Below, piece after piece: positions 9,274 through 18,156 of a stretch of DNA of 64,000 nucleotides. Under the pieces are notes generated by a model that made no database searches, was not told where the DNA came from, and saw only the letters and a list, made by a program, of their open reading frames with translations. Origin of the DNA: Micropruina sp. (GTDB lineage: Bacteria; Actinomycetota; Actinomycetes; Propionibacteriales; Propionibacteriaceae); the NCBI RefSeq assembly GCF_047602385.1, contig NZ_JASGHL010000001.1, positions 692,360 to 756,359 of the forward strand. The letters are read 5' to 3'. The position numbers were made by a program, and so were the translations under genes. Numbering within the stretch: position 1 is the stretch's first letter; each line of letters starts with the position of its first letter.

Positions 9274-10248
9274 ATGCCTTCCTACCGCCGTGCCGCCGCT
9301 TCGGCTGCTGCCCTGTTGCTGACCGCGTGCGGCAGCGTGCCACCGGCCGCGCCGACCTCACCGACCAGTTCGGCGTCGCCGAGCCAGGGGAGTGCGACAC
9401 CGTCGGCCTCGCCGACCGAACCGTCGTCGTCGCCATCGGCGAGTCCGGCCGTCGAGTTGCCGCGCGGCGGCCGCGAGTTGTTTCCGCACTACCGGTTGTT
9501 CGGCTACTCCGGCTACCCTGGCGCGCCCGGCCAGGGTCGGCTCGGCACCGGTGACCTGGACGGCCGGATGCGCGAGATCGAGCAGCGGGGCAAGGCCTGG
9601 ACGGGTGGACGCGAACTGCTGCCGGTGATGGAGCTGATCGCCGTCACCGTGCACGGGTCTCCCGGCAGGGACGGCATGTACCGCAGCCGCGCCCCGGAGT
9701 CGGTGATCAAGCGCTGGCACGACGCGGCGACGAAGCACAAGGCGTTGCTGTTGCTCAACATCCAGCCCGGTCGCGCCGACTTCATCGACGAGGTGAGGTA
9801 CTTCGAGAAGTGGCTCAAATATCCCAACGTGGGCGTGGCCCTCGACCCCGAGTGGGCGGTCGGAAAGGGCCAAGTGCCGGGACGGGTGTTCGGCAGCACC
9901 TCCGGCAAGGAGCTCGACGATGTCGCGCGCTACCTGTCCGAACTGACGATCGCCCACAATCTGCCCGAGAAGGTGCTGCTGTTCCATCAGCTGCACGTCA
10001 GCATCGTGGCCAAGCCCAAGCAGCTGAAGCCCCACCCGCAGGTGGTCTACATCAACGCGGTGGACGGCATCGGCTCGCCGGGGGCGAAGATCGCCACCTT
10101 CCGCGGCGTGATGCGGACGCGACCGTCCTACGTCCATGCCGGGTTCAAATTGTTCTACTCCGAGGACGTCAAGACCGGCAAGCGGCTGATGACCGCGACC
10201 GAGGTCCTGCGGCTCAAGCCACAGCCGGAGTACATCCTGTTCGAGTGA
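9274..10248 (+). CDS. Uncharacterised lipoprotein with Ser/Pro linker and VALDPEW-containing catalytic-like domain
   Basis: Lipobox LLTAC after a basic/hydrophobic signal; Ser/Pro/Thr-rich tether; globular domain with C/G-ending codons. Confidence 0.8.
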   Translation: MPSYRRAAASAAALLLTACGSVPPAAPTSPTSSASPSQGSATPSASPTEPSSSPSASPAVELPRGGRELFPHYRLFGYSGYPGAPGQGRLGTGDLDGRMREIEQRGKAWTGGRELLPVMELIAVTVHGSPGRDGMYRSRAPESVIKRWHDAATKHKALLLLNIQPGRADFIDEVRYFEKWLKYPNVGVALDPEWAVGKGQVPGRVFGSTSGKELDDVARYLSELTIAHNLPEKVLLFHQLHVSIVAKPKQLKPHPQVVYINAVDGIGSPGAKIATFRGVMRTRPSYVHAGFKLFYSEDVKTGKRLMTATEVLRLKPQPEYILFE

Positions 10249-10302
10249 AGACCACGTCCTGGGGCCTGGTCATAATCGAAACTGTGTTCTACGCTGGCCG
10301 GC

Positions 10303-10764
10303 ATGACCTTCGAGTTCCAGGTGACCTTTGACTGCCACGACCCCAAGTCACTGTCGACCTTCTGGCGCGATGCGTTGGGCTACGTCCACCCGGCACCGCC
10401 CGGCGTCGAGTTGGCTGCGGGCGAGGACCCGCTGGACGCCTGGGACGAGTTCCTGGAGCGGATGAAGGTGCCGATCGAAAATCGCAACTCCAGTTCGGCG
10501 CTGGTGGATCCGGGCGGCCGCGGCCCGCGGATCTTCTTCCAGCAGGTTCCCGAGCCCAAGCAGAGCAAGAACCGGCTGCATCTCGACGTCCGGGCCGCGC
10601 CCGGCTTACAGGGCGAGGCGCGGCTGGCTGCACTCGAGGTCGAGTGTGAGCGGCTGGTCGGGCTGGGCGCGGCCAAGGTCCAGGTGTTCGAGCCGCAGCC
10701 CGGTCTGGGCGACTGGTTCATCGTGATGCGCGATCCGGAAGACAATGAATTCTGCCTGGATTGA
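10303..10764 (+). CDS. VOC/glyoxalase family protein
   Basis: FQVTFDCHDP, FFQQVPEPK, KNRLHLDV, MRDPEDNEFC. Confidence 0.92.
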   Translation: MTFEFQVTFDCHDPKSLSTFWRDALGYVHPAPPGVELAAGEDPLDAWDEFLERMKVPIENRNSSSALVDPGGRGPRIFFQQVPEPKQSKNRLHLDVRAAPGLQGEARLAALEVECERLVGLGAAKVQVFEPQPGLGDWFIVMRDPEDNEFCLD

Positions 10765-10894
10765 CCGGTCGCGCGAGGAAATGGCGGGCAGGTGACAAGC
10801 TCAACACAATATGAGTGTCGGCGTCCGGGGCGATTCCGATGGCGCGGGCCGCGGTGTGACGATGAGCGCACCACCGCGGCCCCAGGAGGACCAG

Positions 10895-12415
10895 ATGACC
10901 CACGTCGACGCCGATCCAACTCGGAGTCTGCCTGCCCAATCGATCGCCTATCCCAGCGGTAGAGGACGTCCCCGGCGCGACCGATCCGAGTCCGCACCCC
11001 ACGTCGTGGTGTTGTTCGGCGCCACCGGCGACCTTTCCCGCCGCAAGCTGCTCTGCGGTCTGGCGTATCTCGCGGTCTCCGGGCTCACCGGGGGCCTTCG
11101 AGTCATCGGAACCTCACTCGACGAACTCAGCGAGGAGCAGTTCCGCCAGTTCGCGCGCGACTCGATCGAGCTGGTCGGCAACCGCAAGCTGACGCCGGAG
11201 CAGTGGGACCAGTTCGCCCCGCTGCTGTCCTACGTTCCGAGTAGCGCGGGACCCGCGGCGTTGGAGGCGAAGGTGCGCGAGGCCGAGGCCGAGCTCGGCG
11301 AGGGCGTCCGCCTTCTGCATTACCTCAGCGTGCCGCCGAGGGCGGCGACCGCGGTGATCACCATGCTCGACCAAGCCGGTCTCGTCGACAGGTCCAGAGT
11401 CGTCATGGAGAAGCCGTTCGGCGAGGACCTGGAGTCAGCGATCGCGCTCAACGCTGAGGTGCACAAGACCTTCGAGGAGGAGCAGATCTTCCGCATCGAC
11501 CACTTCCTCGGCAAAGAGGCGGCGCAGAACATTCTGGCCTTCCGTTTCGCCAACGGCCTTTTCGAGCCGATCTGGAACCGCAATTTCATCGATCATGTCC
11601 AGATCGACATCCCAGAGTCACTCGGACTCGACGCCCGCGCGGCGTTCTATGAGCCGACCGGCGCCCATAAGGACATGGTTGTCACCCACCTGTTCCAAGT
11701 GATGGCGTTCGTGGCTATGGAGCCGCCGACGGCGCTCGAGCCGCGGGCCATCTCGGAGGAGAAGAACAAGGTCTTCCGGTCACTTCAGCCGATCCAACTC
11801 TCCAACGTCGTGCGCGGCCAGTACTCGGGCTACCGGGATGAGGACGGCGTGCACCCCGAATCCGACACCGAGACCTTCATCGCGCTCAAAGTCGAAATAG
11901 ACAACTGGCGCTGGGCGGGCGTGCCGTTCTATCTGCGCACCGGCAAGAGGATGGAAGAGGGCATGCGGATCATCTCGATCGCCTTCAAGGAGGCTCCCAA
12001 GTCGATGTTCCCCGCAGGCTCCGGCATCGGCACCCAGGGGCCGGACCACCTGACGTTCGACCTCGCCGACGAGGCGAAGGTGTCGCTGTCCTTCTACGGC
12101 AAGCGGCCCGGTCCCGGGATGAAGCTCGAGAAGCTCTCGATGCAGTTCTCGACCCAGGAGACCTCGCGTGCCGGCGACGTCCTCGAAGCCTACGAGCGGC
12201 TGATCCTGGACGCGATGCGCGGCGATCACACGCTGTTCACCACGGCCGAGGGCATCGAGTCGCTGTGGGAGCGTTCGATGCCGTTGCTGGACGACCCACC
12301 GGAGGTCAAGTTCTACGCCCCGGGCTCGTGGGGGCCGAACGCGATCCATCACCTGATCGCACCGCACGCCTGGCGGCTGCCATTTGAGCGGCAATGGCGT
12401 GAGAAGAGCCGCTGA
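10895..12415 (+). CDS. zwf: Glucose-6-phosphate 1-dehydrogenase (stand-alone type)
   Basis: [44 protein letters not shown]; SD AGGAGG upstream of ATG 10895. Confidence 0.95.
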   Translation: MTHVDADPTRSLPAQSIAYPSGRGRPRRDRSESAPHVVVLFGATGDLSRRKLLCGLAYLAVSGLTGGLRVIGTSLDELSEEQFRQFARDSIELVGNRKLTPEQWDQFAPLLSYVPSSAGPAALEAKVREAEAELGEGVRLLHYLSVPPRAATAVITMLDQAGLVDRSRVVMEKPFGEDLESAIALNAEVHKTFEEEQIFRIDHFLGKEAAQNILAFRFANGLFEPIWNRNFIDHVQIDIPESLGLDARAAFYEPTGAHKDMVVTHLFQVMAFVAMEPPTALEPRAISEEKNKVFRSLQPIQLSNVVRGQYSGYRDEDGVHPESDTETFIALKVEIDNWRWAGVPFYLRTGKRMEEGMRIISIAFKEAPKSMFPAGSGIGTQGPDHLTFDLADEAKVSLSFYGKRPGPGMKLEKLSMQFSTQETSRAGDVLEAYERLILDAMRGDHTLFTTAEGIESLWERSMPLLDDPPEVKFYAPGSWGPNAIHHLIAPHAWRLPFERQWREKSR

Positions 12416-12618
12416 CACCCTCCTCGGCGATGTGTCCGATAAGCAACATTATGTCAGAACGAAACGACACTGATGCGCGGCACAAGCAACCAGAGCACAT
12501 CCGCAACTTCGTGCGCTGGCTCAATCGAGACGACCACCGCGGCAGCAAGCACGCCCGGCGTGGCAAGCGACGCACCGTGAACACGGGGACCTCATGGCTC
12601 TTCCCCAGGCGCCGCCGG

Positions 12619-12633
12619 TATACTCGCGGGTAT
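12619..12633 (+). promoter_or_regulatory. -10 hexamer TATACT with overlapping near-palindrome ATACTCGCGGGTAT (candidate autorepression operator)
   Basis: TATACT 12619-12624 lies 7 nt before the antitoxin ATG; 14-bp palindrome with one mismatched pair at 12620-12633. Confidence 0.55.
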
Positions 12634-12844
12634 GACCCAAACCACGATCAAGGTGCCGTACTCCGTCCGCGATCGGCTCAAGGCTCGTGCCGCTGCTCAC
12701 GGACTGACCCTGGGCCAGGAAATTGAGCGCCTTCTCGACGAGCAAGCTGAGCGGCCGAGGCCGTCGATCGGCGGATTCAGGTCGACCGCTGCGCTGAGCG
12801 CTGAGGAAATCGACAGTGCGCTCGCCTCGGGCTTCGGACAGTGA
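12632..12844 (+). CDS. Type II antitoxin (ribbon-helix-helix-like, VapB-type)
   Basis: TTIKVPYSVRDRLKARA RHH-like start; 70 aa; GTGA overlap with the PIN gene. Confidence 0.8.
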   Translation: MTQTTIKVPYSVRDRLKARAAAHGLTLGQEIERLLDEQAERPRPSIGGFRSTAALSAEEIDSALASGFGQ

Positions 12845-13269
12845 CTGCCGCCATTGTTGACACGAGCGCGATTCTGGCGCTCTTCGATGAAGGCTACGCC
12901 GAACATCCCGCCCTCGCCCGACTAGTGTCGGATGGATCCTGGGATCTGATCGTTTCGCCGTTCGTCGTCGCCGAAGTCGACTACATGTTGGCTACTCGGC
13001 TGGGGTCCGCAGCGGCTGGCCGATTCCACCACGATCTACTGGTAGGCGCCTATCACCTGGCGCCCTGGCGGGTTGAGGATCACGCACTCGCGGTCAAAGT
13101 TGGTCAGCGTTTCGGCTCCGAGTACGTCGGCGTGGCGGACGCGGCCAATGTCGTGCTGGCCGCCACTTATCGCACGAATATCTTGCTTACACTCGATCAA
13201 CGCCATTTTCGCGCGCTGAGTCCGATGACGTCCGACGCGGCCTTCCGGCTGTTGCCCTACGACGTCTGA
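12841..13269 (+). CDS. vapC: PIN-domain toxin VapC
   Basis: IVDTSAILA, VVAEVDY, GVADAANV, LTLDQRHF. Confidence 0.92.
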   Translation: MTAAIVDTSAILALFDEGYAEHPALARLVSDGSWDLIVSPFVVAEVDYMLATRLGSAAAGRFHHDLLVGAYHLAPWRVEDHALAVKVGQRFGSEYVGVADAANVVLAATYRTNILLTLDQRHFRALSPMTSDAAFRLLPYDV

Positions 13270-13294
13270 GCTTGTTCAGCCGTTGACCGACGCG

Positions 13295-13909
13295 TCAGTT
13301 CGGCATCACGACGATGTCACCGTTGCGCGGCAGCCGTCCGTCGAAGGTGAGCGGGACGGCCGTTGCGCGTGCTATGTCGGCGGTGCTGATCGCCTGCAGG
13401 TGGACATGCGGTTCGGTGCTGTTGCCGGAGTTTCCGCACCGTCCGAGCAGGTCACCGCGACGGACGTGCCCACCCGGCCGGACCGTGACGCTGCCCTGCT
13501 GCAGGTGGCAGAGCGCGAGCACGATGCCGGACGTCTCGATCAGCACGTGGTTGCCGGCCAGCGCCAGCCAGCCGCCGCTCGCTCGCCGGGCCTGCGTCAA
13601 CGCGTACCAGACCGACGGCAGGCCTCGGTAGGCGGGGTGGTCGGCCTCGGGGTCATGGATGGCCACCACGGTGCCGTCCGCCGGCGCAACGATCGGACGT
13701 CCGAAGCCCGGAAAGCGGTCGGCCGGCTCCGGCCGGAACAGTGACGCCGTCGTGATCGGCGCCGTGCGCCCGTCCGCTCCGACCGGAACGAAGTCGATCG
13801 CATACGAGGTGGCGAACCGGGTGGTGCCGTGGCTCGGCACCCGGTCGGCGGGACTGTTCTGGACCAGCCACCGCCCGGTGAACGGAAAGCCGACATCGAC
13901 CCCCGTCAT
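13295..13909 (-). CDS. M23 family metallopeptidase-like protein, no signal peptide
   Basis: PIVAPADGTVV, GNHVLI, LCHL, GNSGNSTEPHVHLQ. Confidence 0.88.
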   Translation of the reverse strand: MTGVDVGFPFTGRWLVQNSPADRVPSHGTTRFATSYAIDFVPVGADGRTAPITTASLFRPEPADRFPGFGRPIVAPADGTVVAIHDPEADHPAYRGLPSVWYALTQARRASGGWLALAGNHVLIETSGIVLALCHLQQGSVTVRPGGHVRRGDLLGRCGNSGNSTEPHVHLQAISTADIARATAVPLTFDGRLPRNGDIVVMPN

Positions 13910-14457
13910 CCGAGCCTCCCTGATCGGACGTGCTCGCGGACCGTCAGTAGCGTGCGCCCATGCCTGGTCTGCAGGTAAGGCCGGCCGGAATCACGGAAGC
14001 CGAGCTTCTCCAGGACGCGTCGGGAGGCCAGATTCCAGTCCCACACCGACGCCCAAAGCCGGTGGTGACCTACGGCGTCCGTCCATTCTGTGACGGCCCT
14101 GCCCGCCTCGGTGGCGTAGCCGCGATTGTGCACCGCGCGCAGCAGTTCGAAGGCGAGTTCGGGTTCTCCGTCGCCGCCGTGCTCGGTGAGCAGAAGCCCG
14201 CAGTAGCCGATCACGTCACCGCTCCCCTGCTGGCACACGGTGAGCAACTGCATCGTCGGATCGTCGCGGTGCTCGCGGATGTGCGCGGCGATGTCGTCGA
14301 CGTTCGGACGCCCCGTGGCGTCGATCCGCCGGTGCGCCGGGACCCGGGCATCCCGCTCGCACCACAACTGATGGACGACAGCGGCGTCCTCGGGCTGCTG
14401 AGGGCGCAACCGCAGGCGTGCTGTCTCCAAAGCGGTCAACACGGGCGCGGGCGACAT
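13906..14457 (-). CDS. GNAT acetyltransferase (RimJ/RimL-like)
   Basis: LETARLRLRP, VIGYCGL, PELAFEL, NRGYATEA, NLASRRVLEKLGF. Confidence 0.9.
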   Translation of the reverse strand: MSPAPVLTALETARLRLRPQQPEDAAVVHQLWCERDARVPAHRRIDATGRPNVDDIAAHIREHRDDPTMQLLTVCQQGSGDVIGYCGLLLTEHGGDGEPELAFELLRAVHNRGYATEAGRAVTEWTDAVGHHRLWASVWDWNLASRRVLEKLGFRDSGRPYLQTRHGRTLLTVREHVRSGRLG

Positions 14458-14507
14458 AGCGGCATTGTGTCTTGTTCGCGGCGCCGGGTTGATGGTTACG
14501 TTGCGCC

Positions 14508-14887
14508 ATGTCGTCCGCCGTTACCTGCGATGCCAGCGGGATGATCGAGATTCACCGGCTCTTCCGGGTCGGCTTCGGCGAGGGTCCTGCTCTGGTCGCC
14601 GGCGTCCGCGAAGGCGACGCTGCGCACGCCGAGGTCGTCGGTCAACAACTGGCGCTGCTCTCGACCGGACTGCACGCCCAGAGGCCGAGGTGGCCTGGTT
14701 CGGTGAACACGGACGCCGGGCAACCCCCAAGGGCCAGCTCTGGAATCAGCTCGGTGCCATCCTGGCCGCGCAACCCGACGGCGGCGAGCAGTGGCTGCGC
14801 AAGAACCTGCCGGCACCGGTCCGGCTGCTGTGGCGATGGATCGGTAAGCCGCGCTACGCCGCGCACCGGGCGAAGCTGACCAAGTGA
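14508..14887 (+). pseudogene. Hemerythrin-domain gene with internal deletion and frameshift near 14680
   Basis: CDASGMIEIHRLFR...GLHA in one frame joins EAEVAWFGEHGRRATPKG...PVRLLWRWIGKPRY in another; the central HHxxE/H/HxxxE segment is absent. Confidence 0.75.
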
Positions 14888-14952
14888 CCCGAAGGAATAC
14901 TCCGTGCCCTGACATGGTTGTTGAATCTGCAACTACCACTCGGGAGGAACGC

Positions 14953-15969
14953 GTGACCAAGAAGATCGGCTTTCTGTCGTTCGGGCACTACCGGGACGTC
15001 GCCGGCTCCCGTGTCCGCAGCGCCGCCGACGCACTGCGCGATCACATCGAACTGGCGGCCGCGGCCGAGGCGGCGGGAATGGACGGCGCCTGGCTGCGGG
15101 TCCACCACTTCGATCACAGCCTGTCGGCGCCCTTCCCCCTGCTGTCGGCGATGGCGGCGCGGACGTCCAGGATCGACGTGGGCACCGGCGTGATCGATCT
15201 CCGCTACGAGAACCCGCTGTACCTGGCCGAGGAGGCGGCGGCCACCGATCTGATCGCGTCCGGACGCCTGCAGCTCGGCATCAGCCGCGGCTCGCCCGAG
15301 CCGGCGACGGACGGCCAGGCCGCCTTCGGCTACCGGCTGGCCGACGGCCAGGACTGGGCCGGGGTGACCAGGGACCGCGCGGAGTTGTTCCGGCGGGCGA
15401 TCGCCGGTGATCCGGTGGCCCGCTCACAGCGTGCCGTCGCGTCCGGTACCGGGCCCGACCTCGCGGTCCAGCCGCTCTCCCCCGGCCTGCCCGGCCGGAT
15501 CTGGTGGGGCGCCGGCAGCCACGCCACCGGGGTGTGGGCCGGGGAGCACGGCTACAACCTGCTGTCGTCCACCCTGCTGCTGGCCGACGACGGCCGTCCG
15601 TTCCACCTGCAACAGGCGGACCAGGTGCGCGACTACCGGACGGCGTTCGCCGCCGCCGGGCACACCCTCGGCGGGCTGACTGCGGTCACCCGGAGCGCGT
15701 TCCCGATCACCACCGCCGAGGACCGGGCCTACTTCGGCGCCCGCAGCGGCGGGGAGGGGGTCGGCGTCCTGGACGGCACCACCGCGCGCTCGGGGCCGAC
15801 GTTCGCCGGCCCGCCGGAGCAGGTGGCTGCGGACCTGCGAGCCGACGAGGCGGTGCGAGAAGCCGACTACGTGCTGTTCGCGCTGCCGTCCATGTTGGGG
15901 GTGGACTACAACGCCCACCTGTTCGAGAACCTGGTCGCGGTGGCCCGCGACCTGGGTTGGAAGGAGTGA
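14953..15969 (+). CDS. LLM-class flavin-dependent oxidoreductase (luciferase-like)
   Basis: KIGFLSFGHY, RVHHF, RYENPLYLAEEAA, GRLQLGISRGSPE; SD GGAGGA before GTG 14953. Confidence 0.92.
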   Translation: MTKKIGFLSFGHYRDVAGSRVRSAADALRDHIELAAAAEAAGMDGAWLRVHHFDHSLSAPFPLLSAMAARTSRIDVGTGVIDLRYENPLYLAEEAAATDLIASGRLQLGISRGSPEPATDGQAAFGYRLADGQDWAGVTRDRAELFRRAIAGDPVARSQRAVASGTGPDLAVQPLSPGLPGRIWWGAGSHATGVWAGEHGYNLLSSTLLLADDGRPFHLQQADQVRDYRTAFAAAGHTLGGLTAVTRSAFPITTAEDRAYFGARSGGEGVGVLDGTTARSGPTFAGPPEQVAADLRADEAVREADYVLFALPSMLGVDYNAHLFENLVAVARDLGWKE

Positions 15970-15975
15970 CACCGA

Positions 15976-16320
15976 ATGACCACCATCTACGACTGGGAGG
16001 CGGCGCTGCTCGCCTTCAACACCCGCGACTACGCCGGTGCGATCGACCGGTTGACCCGGATCCTGCAGGCTCAGCCCGGCCACACCGACGCACGCGAGTA
16101 CCTGGCCCGCGCGTACTATCTGCGAGCCGCGCTGAAGCCCGCCGAGGAACAGGCCCGGACGATCCTGGCCGCCGATCCGACCAACGAGTACATCACCCTG
16201 CTACTGGCCCGGGTGCTGGAGCGGCAGAGCCGGCATGAGGAGGCGGCCGGCGTCCGGCGTGTTCTGGTCGCCCTGACCGGTGACGAGCGACACGGAGCGG
16301 CGCACCGCGCTATGGCCTGA
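15976..16320 (+). CDS. Small tetratricopeptide-repeat protein
   Basis: TPR-like helices (AREYLARAYY, YITLLLARVLERQSR). Confidence 0.8.
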   Translation: MTTIYDWEAALLAFNTRDYAGAIDRLTRILQAQPGHTDAREYLARAYYLRAALKPAEEQARTILAADPTNEYITLLLARVLERQSRHEEAAGVRRVLVALTGDERHGAAHRAMA

Positions 16321-17122
16321 CCGACCGACGCCCGGCCCGGTCGGCGGGGACGACCATCGGCGTCGCCGTCGCCGGGTCCGGGATCACCGTGCAGGCCAGG
16401 CCGAAGACCTCCGCGACCAGTTCCGGGGTGACCACGTCGGCCGGGGTGCCGGCGGCCACGATCCGGCCGTCGACCATCGCGATCAGGTGATCGGCGTAGC
16501 GGCAGGCGTGATTCAGGTCGTGCAGCACCGCGACGATGGTGTATCCGTCGGCGCGCAGGTCGGCGCACAGATCCAGCACGTCCAGCTGGTGGGTGATGTC
16601 GAGAAAGGTGGTGGGCTCGTCGAGCAGCAGCAGGTCGGTCTGCTGGGCGAGCACCATCGCCAGCCAGGCCCGCTGCCGCTGTCCGCCGGACAGCTCGTCC
16701 ACCGGTCGGTCGGCCAGTTCGGTGACGCCGGCAGCAGCCATCGCCTGCTCGACAGCGACCTGGTCGGCCTCCGACCATTGCCGCAGCAGGCTCTGATGCG
16801 GGAACCGGCCGCGGCCGACCAGGTCCTGCACCGTGATGGTCTCCGGCGCGACCGCTGACTGCGGCAGCATGCCCAGGGTGCGCGCCACCGCCTTGGCCGG
16901 CATCGAAGTGATCGCGCGGCCGTCCAGCAGGACCGTCCCGGCGTGCGGTTTCAGGATCCGGGCCAAGCCGCGCAGCAGGGTCGACTTGCCGCACGCGTTC
17001 GGACCGACGATCACACTGAACCGGCGGTCCGGGACGGCCAGATCCAGGCCGCTGACCACCACCCGATCGTCGTAGCGCAGCTCCAGCCCCTCGGCGACCA
17101 GCCGGGACGTCTCGATCCTCAT
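16310..17122 (-). CDS. Iron-siderophore ABC transporter ATP-binding protein
   Basis: GPNACGKST, LSGGQRQR, LLLDEPTTFLD, VLHDLN. Confidence 0.95.
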   Translation of the reverse strand: MRIETSRLVAEGLELRYDDRVVVSGLDLAVPDRRFSVIVGPNACGKSTLLRGLARILKPHAGTVLLDGRAITSMPAKAVARTLGMLPQSAVAPETITVQDLVGRGRFPHQSLLRQWSEADQVAVEQAMAAAGVTELADRPVDELSGGQRQRAWLAMVLAQQTDLLLLDEPTTFLDITHQLDVLDLCADLRADGYTIVAVLHDLNHACRYADHLIAMVDGRIVAAGTPADVVTPELVAEVFGLACTVIPDPATATPMVVPADRAGRRSVRP

Positions 17123-18156
17123 CACGCTCTCCTTCGCCACTCGCGCGACAACAGCCACGCGAGGTAGATCCCGCCGACCCCGCCGGTGATCACGCCGACC
17201 GGCAGGTCGGTGTCCCCGAACGCTCGCGACCCGATCAGGTCCGACGCCGCCAACAGCGTCGCGCCCATCGCCGCGGAGGCCAATACCACCGGCGCACGGC
17301 GTCCGCCGACCATCCGCAAGGCCAGCTGCGGCGCGGCCAGCGCCACGAACGAGATCGGCCCGGCGGCCATCACCGCCACCGCCGACAGCCCGACCGAGAC
17401 GGTCAGGGTGGCCGCGGTGACCAGGCCCAGCCTGACCCCGAGGGCGGACGCCACCTCGGGCCCCAGCAGCACCACCCGGAGTTGCCGGCCGACCACCAGG
17501 GCGGCGGGCAGCAGGATCAGCAGGCCCGCCCCGGCTACCGCGACGTCCACCCAGTCGCTGCTGTTCAGGCTGCCCACCAGCCAGCGGGTGGCGTTCATCG
17601 ATTCCCGCACCGTGCTGCGGGTCAGCAGGTAGGCCGACACCGAGTCCAACAGGGCGCCGATACCGATGCCGATCAGGATGATCCGGTATCCCACGTCGCG
17701 GGCGCCGGAGGACAGCACGAAGACCGCCGCCGCGGCCACGGCGCCGCCGGCAATGGCGAACGCGGCGGCCTGCTGGCGCTCACCGAGACCGATCACCAGC
17801 ATCGCCAGCAGCGCGCCCACGGCGGCGCCGGAGTCGAAGCCGATCACGTCCGGGCTGCCCAGCGGGTTCCTGGTCAGGGCCTGGACCAACGCTCCGGCGG
17901 CACCCAGTCCGGCGCCGACCAGGACGGCGACGCAGGCTCGCGGCAGCCCGATCTCCCAGACCACGAAGTCGAACTCGTCGGTGCGGCGGAGCACGGTGTC
18001 GATCAGCTCGGCCGGCGAGACCGGCAGCGGCCCGCTGCCCAGCGTGGCGAACACGATCGTGAGCGCGCAGCCGAGCAGGCCGAGCGGCACCAGGGCACCG
18101 CGGGCGGACGCGAGCACCCGCCACCGGCCGATCCGGACCGTGGTTGGCGCGGTCAT
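17122..18156 (-). CDS. FecCD family iron-chelate permease
   Basis: LPRACVAVLVGAGL, TRNPLGSPDVIGF, GPISFVALAAP, LPVGVITGGVGG. Confidence 0.93.
   Translation of the reverse strand: MTAPTTVRIGRWRVLASARGALVPLGLLGCALTIVFATLGSGPLPVSPAELIDTVLRRTDEFDFVVWEIGLPRACVAVLVGAGLGAAGALVQALTRNPLGSPDVIGFDSGAAVGALLAMLVIGLGERQQAAAFAIAGGAVAAAAVFVLSSGARDVGYRIILIGIGIGALLDSVSAYLLTRSTVRESMNATRWLVGSLNSSDWVDVAVAGAGLLILLPAALVVGRQLRVVLLGPEVASALGVRLGLVTAATLTVSVGLSAVAVMAAGPISFVALAAPQLALRMVGGRRAPVVLASAAMGATLLAASDLIGSRAFGDTDLPVGVITGGVGGIYLAWLLSREWRRRA

Noticed and set aside
9340-9450. Repetitive-looking TCG/CCG-rich stretch as a possible tandem repeat or CRISPR
   Set aside because: It encodes the Ser/Pro linker of the lipoprotein; there is no repeat-spacer periodicity.
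12430-12726. 98-aa ORF between zwf and the antitoxin
   Set aside because: No SD, poor codon bias, overlaps the antitoxin out of frame, and no family recognised. It may be a gene remnant, but I cannot support that.
10765-14887. Prophage, ICE or defence island
   Set aside because: No integrase, transposase, phage or recognisable defence genes, and no att-like direct repeats. Only a TA pair is present.
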